A stretch of DNA of 64,000 nt from a virus, in IMG/VR virus record IMGVR_UViG_3300048837_000984, positions 1 through 64,000 of that record; one strand, given 5' to 3'. The number at the start of each line of letters is the position of its first letter. The stretch's first letter is position 1. Below the pieces are notes generated by a model. The model saw only the letters and a list, made by a program, of their open reading frames with translations. It made no database searches and had not been told where the DNA came from. Of this stretch, positions 19,640-28,589 are shown piece by piece. A program made the position numbers and the translations under genes.

Positions 19640-20266
19640 TTACTCCGGGCGGTTGGGATCGATGATCCCAAAACTTCTGGGCGTAGACCATCGGGCCATG
19701 ATGGCCCGATACCGGACACACGCGGCCAAGCCATTTAGCATGGCCGCACGTACCCTTTCGTTTCTCGAGCCTTCCTTGGCCCAGCCGAGCAGCTCGGCCA
19801 CGGGCTCCTCGGCAATCTTTGCCGAGATTGGGTTGGCTACCCAAAGGTAACCAACCCCATTGTTCTTTTCGAGTCGCAGCTCTTCGACTGCGGACTCGAA
19901 AAGGTTTCGCGCGGACCTCAGCGCGTGCTCTTCCGTCGCGTTGAGGTCCGAAATATAGCTATCGACAGCGGCGGAGCGGACCTCCTCCGACGGCACGCTG
20001 TACCGGATAGCTCGGAGGTCGTCCCGGACCTCCTTGCGTGTTAACCGGGGCGCTCGGTCAAGCTGTTCGCGCAGCCACTCGACCTCGAACTGAGCGACGT
20101 TGCGCTCGTATGCGGCTTTATTCATAGCCGCCAGGGCCTCCTTGTGGCCCTTGCGCCCAGAACTGAAGCCGGCACTGTCGCCGTCATACCAACCGGCGGA
20201 GTAGCAGCCGTATCCCGCGGCCGCTAGAACAGCCGAAGCCACCGCAATCTTAAAAAAGGTGCTCAT
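19640..20266 (-). CDS. Membrane-anchored or secreted hypothetical protein
   Basis: ATG at 20266 with GGGAG SD; hydrophobic N-terminus MSTFFKIAVASAVLAAAGYG. Confidence 0.65.
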   Translation of the reverse strand: MSTFFKIAVASAVLAAAGYGCYSAGWYDGDSAGFSSGRKGHKEALAAMNKAAYERNVAQFEVEWLREQLDRAPRLTRKEVRDDLRAIRYSVPSEEVRSAAVDSYISDLNATEEHALRSARNLFESAVEELRLEKNNGVGYLWVANPISAKIAEEPVAELLGWAKEGSRNERVRAAMLNGLAACVRYRAIMARWSTPRSFGIIDPNRPE

Positions 20267-20294
20267 CTTCCGACTCCCTGTTTGGGGGTTAAGT

Positions 20295-20334
20295 GATATC
20301 ACTTTCTATTGACCCGGAAATGGGCGTAATTTAG
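20295..20334 (-). promoter_or_regulatory. Tripartite phage promoter-like motif
   Basis: CTAAATT-N16-CAATAGA-N3-TGATATC upstream of 19640-20266. Confidence 0.65.
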
Positions 20335-20340
20335 CGCTGG

Positions 20341-20380
20341 CTACAGGCCACAAGGAAACGCGTCAATATACATTGAGATC
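20341..20380 (+). promoter_or_regulatory. Tripartite phage promoter-like motif (divergent copy)
   Basis: CTACAGG-N16-CAATATA-N3-TGAGATC upstream of the plus-strand ORF at 20426. Confidence 0.55.
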
Positions 20381-20425
20381 GCTTTAGCACTTAATTTTTA
20401 AGTGCCGCGGCTCTGGGAGGTGAAA

Positions 20426-20566
20426 ATGAAATGGACAAGAGAACTGGCTCTGCTGGTTATGGCGACCAGCGTATTCATGTTTATGGCCTGGGTAGGCCAG
20501 CCATTCTGGGCCACCGGCCTGGCAACAGCAGTCACGGTGTTCATTTACGCGCGGCTGCCTAAATGA
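20426..20566 (+). CDS. 46-aa two-TM membrane protein
   Basis: GGAGGTG SD, ATG to TGA; MKWTRELALLVMATSVFMFMAWVGQPFWATGLATAVTVFIYARLPK; followed by a terminator. Confidence 0.7.
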   Translation: MKWTRELALLVMATSVFMFMAWVGQPFWATGLATAVTVFIYARLPK

Positions 20567-20569
20567 ACA

Positions 20570-20617
20570 ATCCGCGGGAAGGGAACAAACCCTTACCCGC
20601 GGATTTTTTTAGCTATC
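20570..20617 (+). terminator. Intrinsic (probably bidirectional) terminator followed by AGCTATC
   Basis: ATCCGCGGG..CCCGCGGAT stem, T7 tract, then AGCTATC. Confidence 0.8.
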
Positions 20618-20621
20618 AGGA

Positions 20622-21383
20622 TCAGATGTCGCCGAGGTTAGCCCAGACGAGCGTGATCGTACCGTTGAAGATGAGGTTACACGCAGTTCCGGTGACATCG
20701 TGGTCGGCATCGTCGACCAGGACGTTAAGGAAAGCGTCGATTGCGGTACTGGTGCCGTTGAAAACAACCCCAGACTCAGTTGAAGTTGACAGGCCTTTCG
20801 CCGTAGTAGCACCGTCAACTGCCTGTGGTGTTGCCGTAGTCGGAATCAGGTTCTGTTCTGTACTAGCAAGGGTGGCGTTGTTACTTGCCGTGACCGTACC
20901 AAGACCGAAGTCGCCGTCCCAGGTGGCGTTAACACCAGCAGACGACTTGGTTACGGCCAGGTCTGCCGTTGCACCCAGGAAGACAATGGCGCCAGCCGGA
21001 AAGTCGTAAACCTTCAAGCCACCGTAAGCAACCACGCCAGCTTCGTCAGTCAAGGCGATGGCCACATCGTCAAGGGTCAGGACAGTTTTGTGAACCGCCC
21101 CATCCCCGTACTCTACGGCCGAGACGCCGGTCCCGTTGGCTGCACCGACCCCGTCGCTGGTCTTCAACGAGGAAGAAGTGACCTGCAACGCGACAGTAAT
21201 GTCGCCAGCCGTCTCGTCGCGATCCAGGGCAGCAGCTTCGGTAGCGGTCATCGTAGTACGAATATCGCCACTGACCGTGTGAGTGCCGTTGTTGGCAAGG
21301 GTCTTCCCGCGGGGTCCCAAATACCCAAAGAAACGGGAAGCGCCGCTCGTATTGGTAATTACCGTCTGAATCTTTGCGGCCAC
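20622..21383 (-). CDS. Capsid-associated structural protein (decoration/fibre-like)
   Basis: 253 aa, Thr/Ala/Gly beta-rich, last gene of the head operon. Confidence 0.45.
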   Translation of the reverse strand: MAAKIQTVITNTSGASRFFGYLGPRGKTLANNGTHTVSGDIRTTMTATEAAALDRDETAGDITVALQVTSSSLKTSDGVGAANGTGVSAVEYGDGAVHKTVLTLDDVAIALTDEAGVVAYGGLKVYDFPAGAIVFLGATADLAVTKSSAGVNATWDGDFGLGTVTASNNATLASTEQNLIPTTATPQAVDGATTAKGLSTSTESGVVFNGTSTAIDAFLNVLVDDADHDVTGTACNLIFNGTITLVWANLGDI

Positions 21384-21398
21384 TTTTACCTCCGTTTG

Positions 21399-21776
21399 TT
21401 ATTCGGCATTCGCGAGCATGAACTGACCCAGAGCCAGGGCAGCTTCCTGGATAACAGGATTCTCTGCCAGCTCCGCAGCAGCGTTCTTGGTCAGCCGCTG
21501 ATAGGTCGATGGCGGGGTCTGGCGTCCCTGACCGCTGAGAGCAGACTTCAGGCCGTCGACCGCCTCGCTAACCAGCGAACTGGCCGATGCCTTCTTTTCC
21601 TGCTGAGCCTGGTCATCGTAAGGGCGCAGCATAGCTGCAGCCTCAAGCAGCTCCTGACATTCCGCCTCGGTCTGCGGGACAATGCCATAGTCGCTGGCCA
21701 GTTTAGCGAAGAACACAGGCGCGTAGACGCTCTTGATCATCTGCTCGTACGCAGCCTGTGGAAATTGGTTCGACAC
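21399..21776 (-). CDS. Small head-associated protein with K-x-A motifs
   Basis: 125 aa; EKKASA, TKNAAA. Confidence 0.5.
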   Translation of the reverse strand: MSNQFPQAAYEQMIKSVYAPVFFAKLASDYGIVPQTEAECQELLEAAAMLRPYDDQAQQEKKASASSLVSEAVDGLKSALSGQGRQTPPSTYQRLTKNAAAELAENPVIQEAALALGQFMLANAE

Positions 21777-21822
21777 TGGTTAGTCTCCAGTTAAAAGAAG
21801 GCGGCGGTTAAGCCGCCCCAGA

Positions 21823-22749
21823 TTACACGAAGTCGGCTCGTGCAACGGCCGAGAAGTTACCGATGGCACCGCCGAGAGACTCGTAAGCGAACCACTCGAT
21901 CATGAAGGCTTCGCGCTTCAGATACATGGTGGTGTCTTCGAGCAGGTAGAACTTACCCAGGAACTTCGGATCAGCGAACATGAAGATGCTGTCGTCAGCA
22001 ACCAGGTCCCGCTTGATCGTGATGATCCAGCGAGCGTTCATGAACTCGCGTTCGGCCCAGCCGTTCTTGACCAGGTCCTGGGAGAAATCGCCACCCATCT
22101 CATCACGACCCCATTTCTGGATTTCGCGAATGGTGACGTTGTTAACGAGGACGGTGTCGACCTCAAGACGGCCGGTTGACTTCGGCATGATCTTGAAGGC
22201 ATCGACGATCGTGTTGCGGGTGATGCCACCAGAGATGGAAGCCCACTGAACGACGCCGGTGGCAGTGACCGCGGTGTCAACGGCGTTCAACATGGTGTTG
22301 ACCGCGTTGATGAAGCCGCTGTCCTCTTCAGCCAGCATGTCCTTGATGGCATTGTCCGACATAACCTGCCGGATATCCATCACCCAGGTTCGCAGCGTAT
22401 CCACGTCCTTCGAAAACCGCCGAGTCATGATGCGGTTGAAGAGAACGCGATAACGCGGACCAAGGATGTACAGTCCCTCTGGCATCGAAGCAAATGGCAC
22501 CGAAGCAGCGGCTGGGCTACCAGGTTCCATATCGACAACCTTGACAGGCAGGTCTGTGTCTACCTGACGATCGAGATCGTCATTCGAAATCTGCAGCGGT
22601 GGCAGAATCCGACGGTAGAAGCCGTCTTCACGCATTCTTGCCCGCGTGAAGTCATTGACGGCGTCGATCGCCTGTTTTTCCATACCTGGAGTAGCCAGCT
22701 GGTCGTACAGCGTTTCGTTAACCAGTCTGGACTCGGCTCGAGTGGCCAT
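21823..22749 (-). CDS. Major capsid protein (HK97-fold)
   Basis: 308 aa from ATG 22749 (GGAGG SD). Follows protease, scaffold and decoration genes; N-terminal MEKQAIDA putative cleavage motif. Confidence 0.7.
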   Translation of the reverse strand: MATRAESRLVNETLYDQLATPGMEKQAIDAVNDFTRARMREDGFYRRILPPLQISNDDLDRQVDTDLPVKVVDMEPGSPAAASVPFASMPEGLYILGPRYRVLFNRIMTRRFSKDVDTLRTWVMDIRQVMSDNAIKDMLAEEDSGFINAVNTMLNAVDTAVTATGVVQWASISGGITRNTIVDAFKIMPKSTGRLEVDTVLVNNVTIREIQKWGRDEMGGDFSQDLVKNGWAEREFMNARWIITIKRDLVADDSIFMFADPKFLGKFYLLEDTTMYLKREAFMIEWFAYESLGGAIGNFSAVARADFV

Positions 22750-22808
22750 TCGCACGCACCTCCGTGTGCCTTTTTCGACCGGTTTCCGTCACCGGTCGAT
22801 AGTTGGGG

Positions 22809-23342
22809 TTACTCGTCAGAACGGCCTGGGTACCAGACCGGCCAGATACGCAGGACAGAAACACCATGGATGTTGGTCGTCTTGGGAGCCGCAACGATAC
22901 CGACCACGGCCGTAGAAGACGTCTGCGGGGAGTCCGTCTGCGACGCCAGGGTGACCGACTGGTTGGTCAACTTGCCGTCAGTGTGCGCGCGGACCGGGTC
23001 GTTGTAGGCATACGTCTGAGCCGTATCAAACTCGGTAGTTTCGAATTCGAACGGACCCTTGGCTACCAAGCACATGATGTAGCCACGTGGGTTGATCGGC
23101 TGCCAGTAGTTGTTGCCGGTGCTATTCACATCGAACGAGTCAGTTCCCTGGAAGGCGAACAGACCCATACGGTGACGCTTGACGCCAAGAATCAAGTTGC
23201 CCGAGCTGTCCAGACTGCAACACATGCCTGGAACAACCGTGACACCAGATGCAGCCTTGGCAACGTACTGCAGTGGGTTTGGAGAAGGCCAACCCCGGGT
23301 CGGGTTGAGCGCGTGTTCGAACATCTGACTCGGCAGAGCCAT
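22809..23342 (-). CDS. Capsid decoration/cement protein
   Basis: 177 aa immediately upstream of the MCP; beta-tulip-like pattern (PGMCCSL..G.L..FEFETTEFD..Y..ND...GKLT). Confidence 0.5.
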   Translation of the reverse strand: MALPSQMFEHALNPTRGWPSPNPLQYVAKAASGVTVVPGMCCSLDSSGNLILGVKRHRMGLFAFQGTDSFDVNSTGNNYWQPINPRGYIMCLVAKGPFEFETTEFDTAQTYAYNDPVRAHTDGKLTNQSVTLASQTDSPQTSSTAVVGIVAAPKTTNIHGVSVLRIWPVWYPGRSDE

Positions 23343-23355
23343 TACAGCCTCCTAG

Positions 23356-23919
23356 TTAATCGTTGTTGATCAGGTGCGGAAGTCCAAGCCGCTGGAGAAA
23401 GATCCGGTCGGACTCACGCTGCTCGTCACGAGATCGACGGCTTTGCGTATTTCCTTCCTTGGAAGTTTTGCCGTCCTGGCCAGTTGGTCTGCCAAGACTT
23501 GCAGCAGCCGGTTCGGCTTCCTGAGTGTGGAACGCTGCCGTCTTGATCAGAATCCTGAGCGCCTTCTCGTGATTGGCTAGAGCGTTAACGGCTCGACCGA
23601 TCTCGTCCTGCTGGATGCACCCGTTAGCTGCAAGAGCGTCGGCTGCCTCCTTTACCAGACTCGAAATCGCACTGGCGCTCGCGACCTTCTCTCGCTGAGC
23701 GGCTGCCTTTTCGGTCTGTGTGCGTTCCAGTGCGGCGCTAACCAGCTGGAAAGCTTCGATCACTTTCTCTTCCAGAGTCATCGAGCAGGCCTCCTTTGCC
23801 TTCGTTTCAGCCTTCTCTGGTAAGGACTTGATGTTGTCCGTGTGGTCTGCCCACCGTTTGGCCATTTCTGGATGGCGGGCAAACATGAACCGCATCTGTC
23901 TTTTACTTTTGAAAGGCAT
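23356..23919 (-). CDS. Head/scaffold-associated protein with basic N-terminal module
   Basis: MPFKSKRQMRFMFARHPEMAKRW N-terminus; K-x-A motifs KEAC, EKAAA, EKVASA, KTAAF. Confidence 0.55.
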   Translation of the reverse strand: MPFKSKRQMRFMFARHPEMAKRWADHTDNIKSLPEKAETKAKEACSMTLEEKVIEAFQLVSAALERTQTEKAAAQREKVASASAISSLVKEAADALAANGCIQQDEIGRAVNALANHEKALRILIKTAAFHTQEAEPAAASLGRPTGQDGKTSKEGNTQSRRSRDEQRESDRIFLQRLGLPHLINND

Positions 23920-23928
23920 GCCGTCTCC

Positions 23929-25173
23929 TTAACGGCCGCACACTTCGCGCACGTAATTGATAACTTCGTCACGTTCCTGACGAAGACGACTTCCTGGAGA
24001 AGCTTCCTTCAGGCGAACGCGACCCTTTCGGTACAGGTTGCGAACGTCGCTGGCCAGCTTCCGAATCTGCTTGCGGTCTTCGGCCGGAATACGTCTGCGG
24101 TTGGCCGCTGCCTGCTTGGCTTCTGGCGAGTCCGGCGGCATTCCACCACCGCCACCGCCGCTGACTTCATCCTGGACCGCGGCAAGAAGCTCTTCTGGGT
24201 TGATGCCGGCTTCAATGAGAGCGTTGGCCAGTTCGTTGATGGCTGCCTCTTCCCCGCCAGGTCCACCGGGAATTTCGCCAGCTTCTTCAGGAGGAACTTC
24301 CGGAGATCCACCCATCTCTGGGGGCATTCCGCCACCACCGCCGCCGGCCATGGCTTGCATGATGTCAGGAGGAATATCGCCACCAGGCCCACCAGGACCG
24401 GGCGGAGGTCCACCAGCCATGGCAAGCTCTTCAGGAGAAGGTCCTTCAGCCCGCTTCATGGCTGCGACCTTTTCGTTGTGGTAGCTCGTCAGATAGCGGC
24501 CAACCAGGTCAGCGTCGTGGCGAGCATCGTTCAGCATCGTCTCGGTAAAGTTCTGAACAAAGGCCCGCTTCTCTGCCTGGTACTGGGTGTCACCCTGACC
24601 AGCCGCCGCAGCCAGTTCGTAACCGGCCTGAGCCGCGAGGCTCGCTGCCGACACCCCAGCTTCCTTGACAGTTTCGCCGTTGGCCATATCAGCCAAGCAC
24701 TCGTTCATGAGAGCATAGGCTCTCTTGACCAGGTTCTCAGTACTGACAGAAGCGTACTTGTCGCCGACTTCTTCGGCGTTGGCGGGGTGATCTGTACCGG
24801 GGTCTTCTTTGTCGCCCTTGTAGTTGTCTTCAACTGATGGGTCTTCGCCGACGGCAGACTGTTGAGTGCCGATGTTCAGCTGACGAGAATCTTGCTTGCC
24901 GCCCGAGGTCGGACTGGTGTTGTCCACTCCGGTGGGGTAAGTATCCTTGACGTCTTTTTCGTTTTCTTTGGCTCGAGCGCCCATAGGAGCCGAGCGAGTG
25001 TTGGAGTCTGCATCAGTCGTCGGATGCGAGGAAGCTCCCATGTACCCGCCCGGATCTTTCGAACCAGAGCCAGACGTGTCCATTTCGCTCGCTCGCTTTT
25101 CAGCCGTAAGCTGCGCGATTAGCGAGTTGACGCGCCCGAGCACTGAGTCGTTGTAAACGTCCTGCGGCATCAC
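23929..25173 (-). CDS. Putative capsid scaffold protein
   Basis: Acidic, low-complexity, with a Gly/Pro/Met tract and many K-x-A motifs; directly after the protease. Confidence 0.5.
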   Translation of the reverse strand: MMPQDVYNDSVLGRVNSLIAQLTAEKRASEMDTSGSGSKDPGGYMGASSHPTTDADSNTRSAPMGARAKENEKDVKDTYPTGVDNTSPTSGGKQDSRQLNIGTQQSAVGEDPSVEDNYKGDKEDPGTDHPANAEEVGDKYASVSTENLVKRAYALMNECLADMANGETVKEAGVSAASLAAQAGYELAAAAGQGDTQYQAEKRAFVQNFTETMLNDARHDADLVGRYLTSYHNEKVAAMKRAEGPSPEELAMAGGPPPGPGGPGGDIPPDIMQAMAGGGGGGMPPEMGGSPEVPPEEAGEIPGGPGGEEAAINELANALIEAGINPEELLAAVQDEVSGGGGGGMPPDSPEAKQAAANRRRIPAEDRKQIRKLASDVRNLYRKGRVRLKEASPGSRLRQERDEVINYVREVCGR

Positions 25174-25232
25174 CGCTACTCCTTTAGCTTTAGGCTGCTT
25201 CCTGCGACCACAGCCAGTTCACAAAATCAAGT

Positions 25233-28200
25233 TTACAAACAGTTCTGGCGAACTGCAAGTTCGCAGGTCAAGTCGAAATCGGTATCTCGGTTATTTTTAA
25301 CAAGTTGTAGAAACGCCAGCTTGTGGGTGGCGTAGTCTGTAGCCAGTTTTTCTGCTGCTGAAGACAGACGCAAAGCGACCCGATTGCGAACTCTTGGTAC
25401 AGTGCCGTGCAGAGCAGCCTTGTACATCCGGGTTTGAAGGTTATTTCTCGCCAGAGAGAAGCCAGCCAACTGGCTAGCAATCTTGTCGCGAACCTTTTGG
25501 CTCGCCGGCCAAACCGATCGAACCAACGAGGCGACGTCCTGGGCAACCTTCTCCGGTTGAGTTTCAATGATCCGGTTGTAGATGCCTGGAAGCAAAGCAT
25601 TGGCCGAAGCAAGTAAGCCAGGCTCTGCGTTGATATCCGAAGCAATCTTGCAGTAGCTCTCTAGAGGCAGAAAAATCTTCTCTGCCGCCAGGGAAGCCAG
25701 CAAGTTTCTTGACGGCACCCGGATGTCGATCGAGGCGTGCTTCTCAAAGAACGCCAGGTTCAGGTTGCTCTCCGGTGTCGCAAATACGGCCAGCTCGACA
25801 CCAGCCAACTTTTCCAGCAGGCTAGCTGATTCCTGAGTAGCTGGGTCACAGTAACCCAGGACAACCGATAACGGAGCAGCGACGCCCATCTGCTCCGCCA
25901 GTTCAGCGCCACCGACCTTGTGCTGGCTAGCTGCCTTCAAGATGCCGGCTGTATAGGCGATTCGGTCTGCCGGTCTGGGTACGTCACTGATGTCGAAGAA
26001 ATCGACAACCGTATTTCGCGCGAACAGTTGAGTACCATCGTCGAGGACGGTTGCGATTTTGTTGAAGAGACCGCCACCAGGGCAGTCACCGCCCTCGTCT
26101 TCGCCTTTGCAGTACTCCGCACGGCTTCTGGCCTTGTTTCCGCAGACGCTGCAGATGTCGTACGGAACGTGGCAAGCCATCGAAACACCGACGTCACCAC
26201 GGGCTAGCTTTTCGAGAGTCTTTGTTGCAACGAGGCCACCATTGCGTCGAGCCGCTTCCTCGTTTCCATTAAGAGCAACGACCAGCTCAATGCGGTGCAT
26301 GGGCTCGTTGTAGCTTGATAGTTTGACGACGCCATAGCTCTTCTGTGGGTCCTTATTGCAGTTGTGGACCACCACCTCGTTTGCGACGTAGTGGTGCGGT
26401 TCTTCCGTCTCTAGGTTGTACACTGGCTCATCGATCTCGACTTCTTCGATTGCGTCGATTCTGGCCAGCCACATACCGTCGACAAAGCCGGCTGTCCGCC
26501 TCTTGAGTACTTCCCGAACGGTGTTCTTCCGGGCATCTTTAGTAATCTGCGGTGAGTAGCTAGAGCTCACAGCTACGACACCTGATCCAGATCCCTGATA
26601 AATCTTACCGTTGATTGGACAGACCACAGGCCCTGGTGGATTATCGTACTGGATCGTAGCTGGAATATTTATAGCCCGAAGAATGTCTGCGAACATATTC
26701 AGCATCTGCGGCGACGATGACCGGATGCGAAGCTGTCCCTTGTTGAACCTCGCGTTACTGACATAACCGTCTCCGTCAATGTAGGCCGTAAGGAGTTCTC
26801 TCAGTGACGCTTCGTTCCAAGTCAAGACCTTGCCGGTTAAACGCTTGGTGGATTTCACGCCCTGGATGTACTCAGACAGCTCTGCTGCTAATTCCTTGGA
26901 ACAAGCAGAAAGCATCGTACAACCAGTTTCTGCCCTCGGCGTGACGCCGACATGAAGACCGTTTGCCTTTAAGCACTCAGTTACAGACGCCAGATCTGCT
27001 GTATTCTTCGAAGAAAAGGTGAACTGGATCGAACCTTTCTTACCTAGGTAGCCCTCAGAAGCGACCCAGCCAACCAGACGAGCAAACTCTGGCTTGACAG
27101 ATACAGAGCCATGTTCTGGTCTAGGGATCAAGAGATAGTCACCAGCACACAGACTTCCCGCCTCCCTGTACTCTGGCGTAATGTTATTCAACCCGGCAAG
27201 CCATTCGCGACAATTTTGTCCGTGATCAGCTGGTCCCAACCGGCTGTACCTGTGCCGACAATGGACCTGGCTTCGGACTAGAGCAAACAAAGGGTGCTCC
27301 GGTGTCACTACCACAGGCGTCGGGATACCGCTGATTCGAAACCGCAAAGCTGTACCTTTGAAAGGCGTTTGCATAGTGCGGATGACTTTTTTAGGCCCTG
27401 CCAGGGTTGCAACCGTATCACCGGCGCGGACTTCTTCAATAGCCAGGCGCTGTCTATCAGCCATGACTATCCCAGTGCCGGCAACGAAGCAGTGATTGAG
27501 ATACAGCCGGGCATTCTTGACGAACGTATCGTGGTACTTGCGGCAGGTGTCAGTGTCGAACCCATCGCCGTTGCGGTTGCAGTTGTGGCTGTCAACGTTG
27601 GGGCCGCTATAAGTGTGATCGCCCTCAACTTCTAGGTTGAAGACATTCACCGGGCCGTCCTTTTCGATCCGAGTGACCGGCAGATACAGCCGACCGCCGC
27701 TGAAGAACGGCCGGACTTTATTTTTTTGTCCCTCGACTGGAAGGGCAACAGACCAACCTCGTCCGGTCTTCGCGCAGGACACAGCCAGATTGGTCGACCA
27801 GCAAAGACGCTGGAACCCAAGGGCAAGGCTAGCCGTCAAGTTGCTTCGCCCGGAGAAGTGCTGGAAGCACCGGTGCAACAAGACAGAACGTACCTCAAAC
27901 GGCAGGCCGCAAACCCAGGGTGGCAGCACCTTTGTCGGGCCGTTGAGGAAGTACACCCACCACTTGTCCTTGCCGCCGTATGTCGTCTTCTTGTCGTCTC
28001 CAAGCCAGTCGGCCAGCTGATAGGCCGTGTCGACCGTTAAGTCGATCGGCGCTTCGATGTTCGGACTAGTCCAAACCAGATAGTCACCCTCTCGAATATC
28101 TTCTGCCTTGATCCAGGTGTGAGGAACATAGTCGGCCTTATCCAGGTCTTTCTCACCCCGGGCCACTCGGAACGGGTGGTCTGTTGAGCAGTGCAGCGTA

Positions 28201-28589
28201 TCAACCAGACCGTTCGTACTGATCCGCAAGGAAGACTCAACCCGACGACGGAACAGGTGCGAAACGGCATAAGCGTTACCCATGGCGGACAGCGCCATGT
28301 CACCGACTTCAACAGCCTCAATGGGAATGTAACAGCCGTTTGCAAGCGCAAACGGTGTTCCGGCGGCAAAGCACCCGTAGTAGTCCGAGCTGCCCATCGC
28401 GATCAGGTGGACAGGAACTTCACCAGGCGCGAAGGCGACCTTGCGGAACTCATCAGCCAGGCTGTAACCAGCTCGCTTGATGAAGTCGCGCAAGTCATTG
28501 CCAGCAAGGCGACCAGAGGAGGCCACCTTGATCAGGCTGACTGGATCGTCACCAAAGTCCTGGGAGCCAGGAGGAATGATTTTGATCAT
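25233..28589 (-). CDS. Prohead maturation protease with two inteins (about 477 aa after splicing)
   Basis: Extein reads ...SSDYYG|CNRNGDGF..ARLYLNH|CNKD..GVSMAC, giving candidate catalytic His and Ser motifs of HK97/assemblin-type proteases; position upstream of scaffold and MCP. Confidence 0.7.
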   Translation of the reverse strand: MIKIIPPGSQDFGDDPVSLIKVASSGRLAGNDLRDFIKRAGYSLADEFRKVAFAPGEVPVHLIAMGSSDYYGCFAAGTPFALANGCYIPIEAVEVGDMALSAMGNAYAVSHLFRRRVESSLRISTNGLVDTLHCSTDHPFRVARGEKDLDKADYVPHTWIKAEDIREGDYLVWTSPNIEAPIDLTVDTAYQLADWLGDDKKTTYGGKDKWWVYFLNGPTKVLPPWVCGLPFEVRSVLLHRCFQHFSGRSNLTASLALGFQRLCWSTNLAVSCAKTGRGWSVALPVEGQKNKVRPFFSGGRLYLPVTRIEKDGPVNVFNLEVEGDHTYSGPNVDSHNCNRNGDGFDTDTCRKYHDTFVKNARLYLNHCFVAGTGIVMADRQRLAIEEVRAGDTVATLAGPKKVIRTMQTPFKGTALRFRISGIPTPVVVTPEHPLFALVRSQVHCRHRYSRLGPADHGQNCREWLAGLNNITPEYREAGSLCAGDYLLIPRPEHGSVSVKPEFARLVGWVASEGYLGKKGSIQFTFSSKNTADLASVTECLKANGLHVGVTPRAETGCTMLSACSKELAAELSEYIQGVKSTKRLTGKVLTWNEASLRELLTAYIDGDGYVSNARFNKGQLRIRSSSPQMLNMFADILRAINIPATIQYDNPPGPVVCPINGKIYQGSGSGVVAVSSSYSPQITKDARKNTVREVLKRRTAGFVDGMWLARIDAIEEVEIDEPVYNLETEEPHHYVANEVVVHNCNKDPQKSYGVVKLSSYNEPMHRIELVVALNGNEEAARRNGGLVATKTLEKLARGDVGVSMACHVPYDICSVCGNKARSRAEYCKGEDEGGDCPGGGLFNKIATVLDDGTQLFARNTVVDFFDISDVPRPADRIAYTAGILKAASQHKVGGAELAEQMGVAAPLSVVLGYCDPATQESASLLEKLAGVELAVFATPESNLNLAFFEKHASIDIRVPSRNLLASLAAEKIFLPLESYCKIASDINAEPGLLASANALLPGIYNRIIETQPEKVAQDVASLVRSVWPASQKVRDKIASQLAGFSLARNNLQTRMYKAALHGTVPRVRNRVALRLSSAAEKLATDYATHKLAFLQLVKNNRDTDFDLTCELAVRQNCL
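26361..27491 (-). mobile_element. Intein 2 of the protease (377 aa, LAGLIDADG endonuclease)
   Basis: Starts CFVAGT, VTPEHP, motifs LVGWVASEG and LLTAYIDGDG, ends VYNLET..VVHN before Cys. Confidence 0.92.
27582..28373 (-). mobile_element. Intein 1 of the protease (264 aa, degenerate endonuclease)
   Basis: Starts CFAAGT, block B STDHPF, ends VFNLEVEGDHTY..SHN before Cys. Confidence 0.9.

Noticed and set aside
20309-20332. Sigma70 promoter TTGACC..TAATTT on the plus strand (also 58581-58604)
   Set aside because: The spacer is only 12 bp, and the sequence is better explained as the reverse complement of the tripartite motif.
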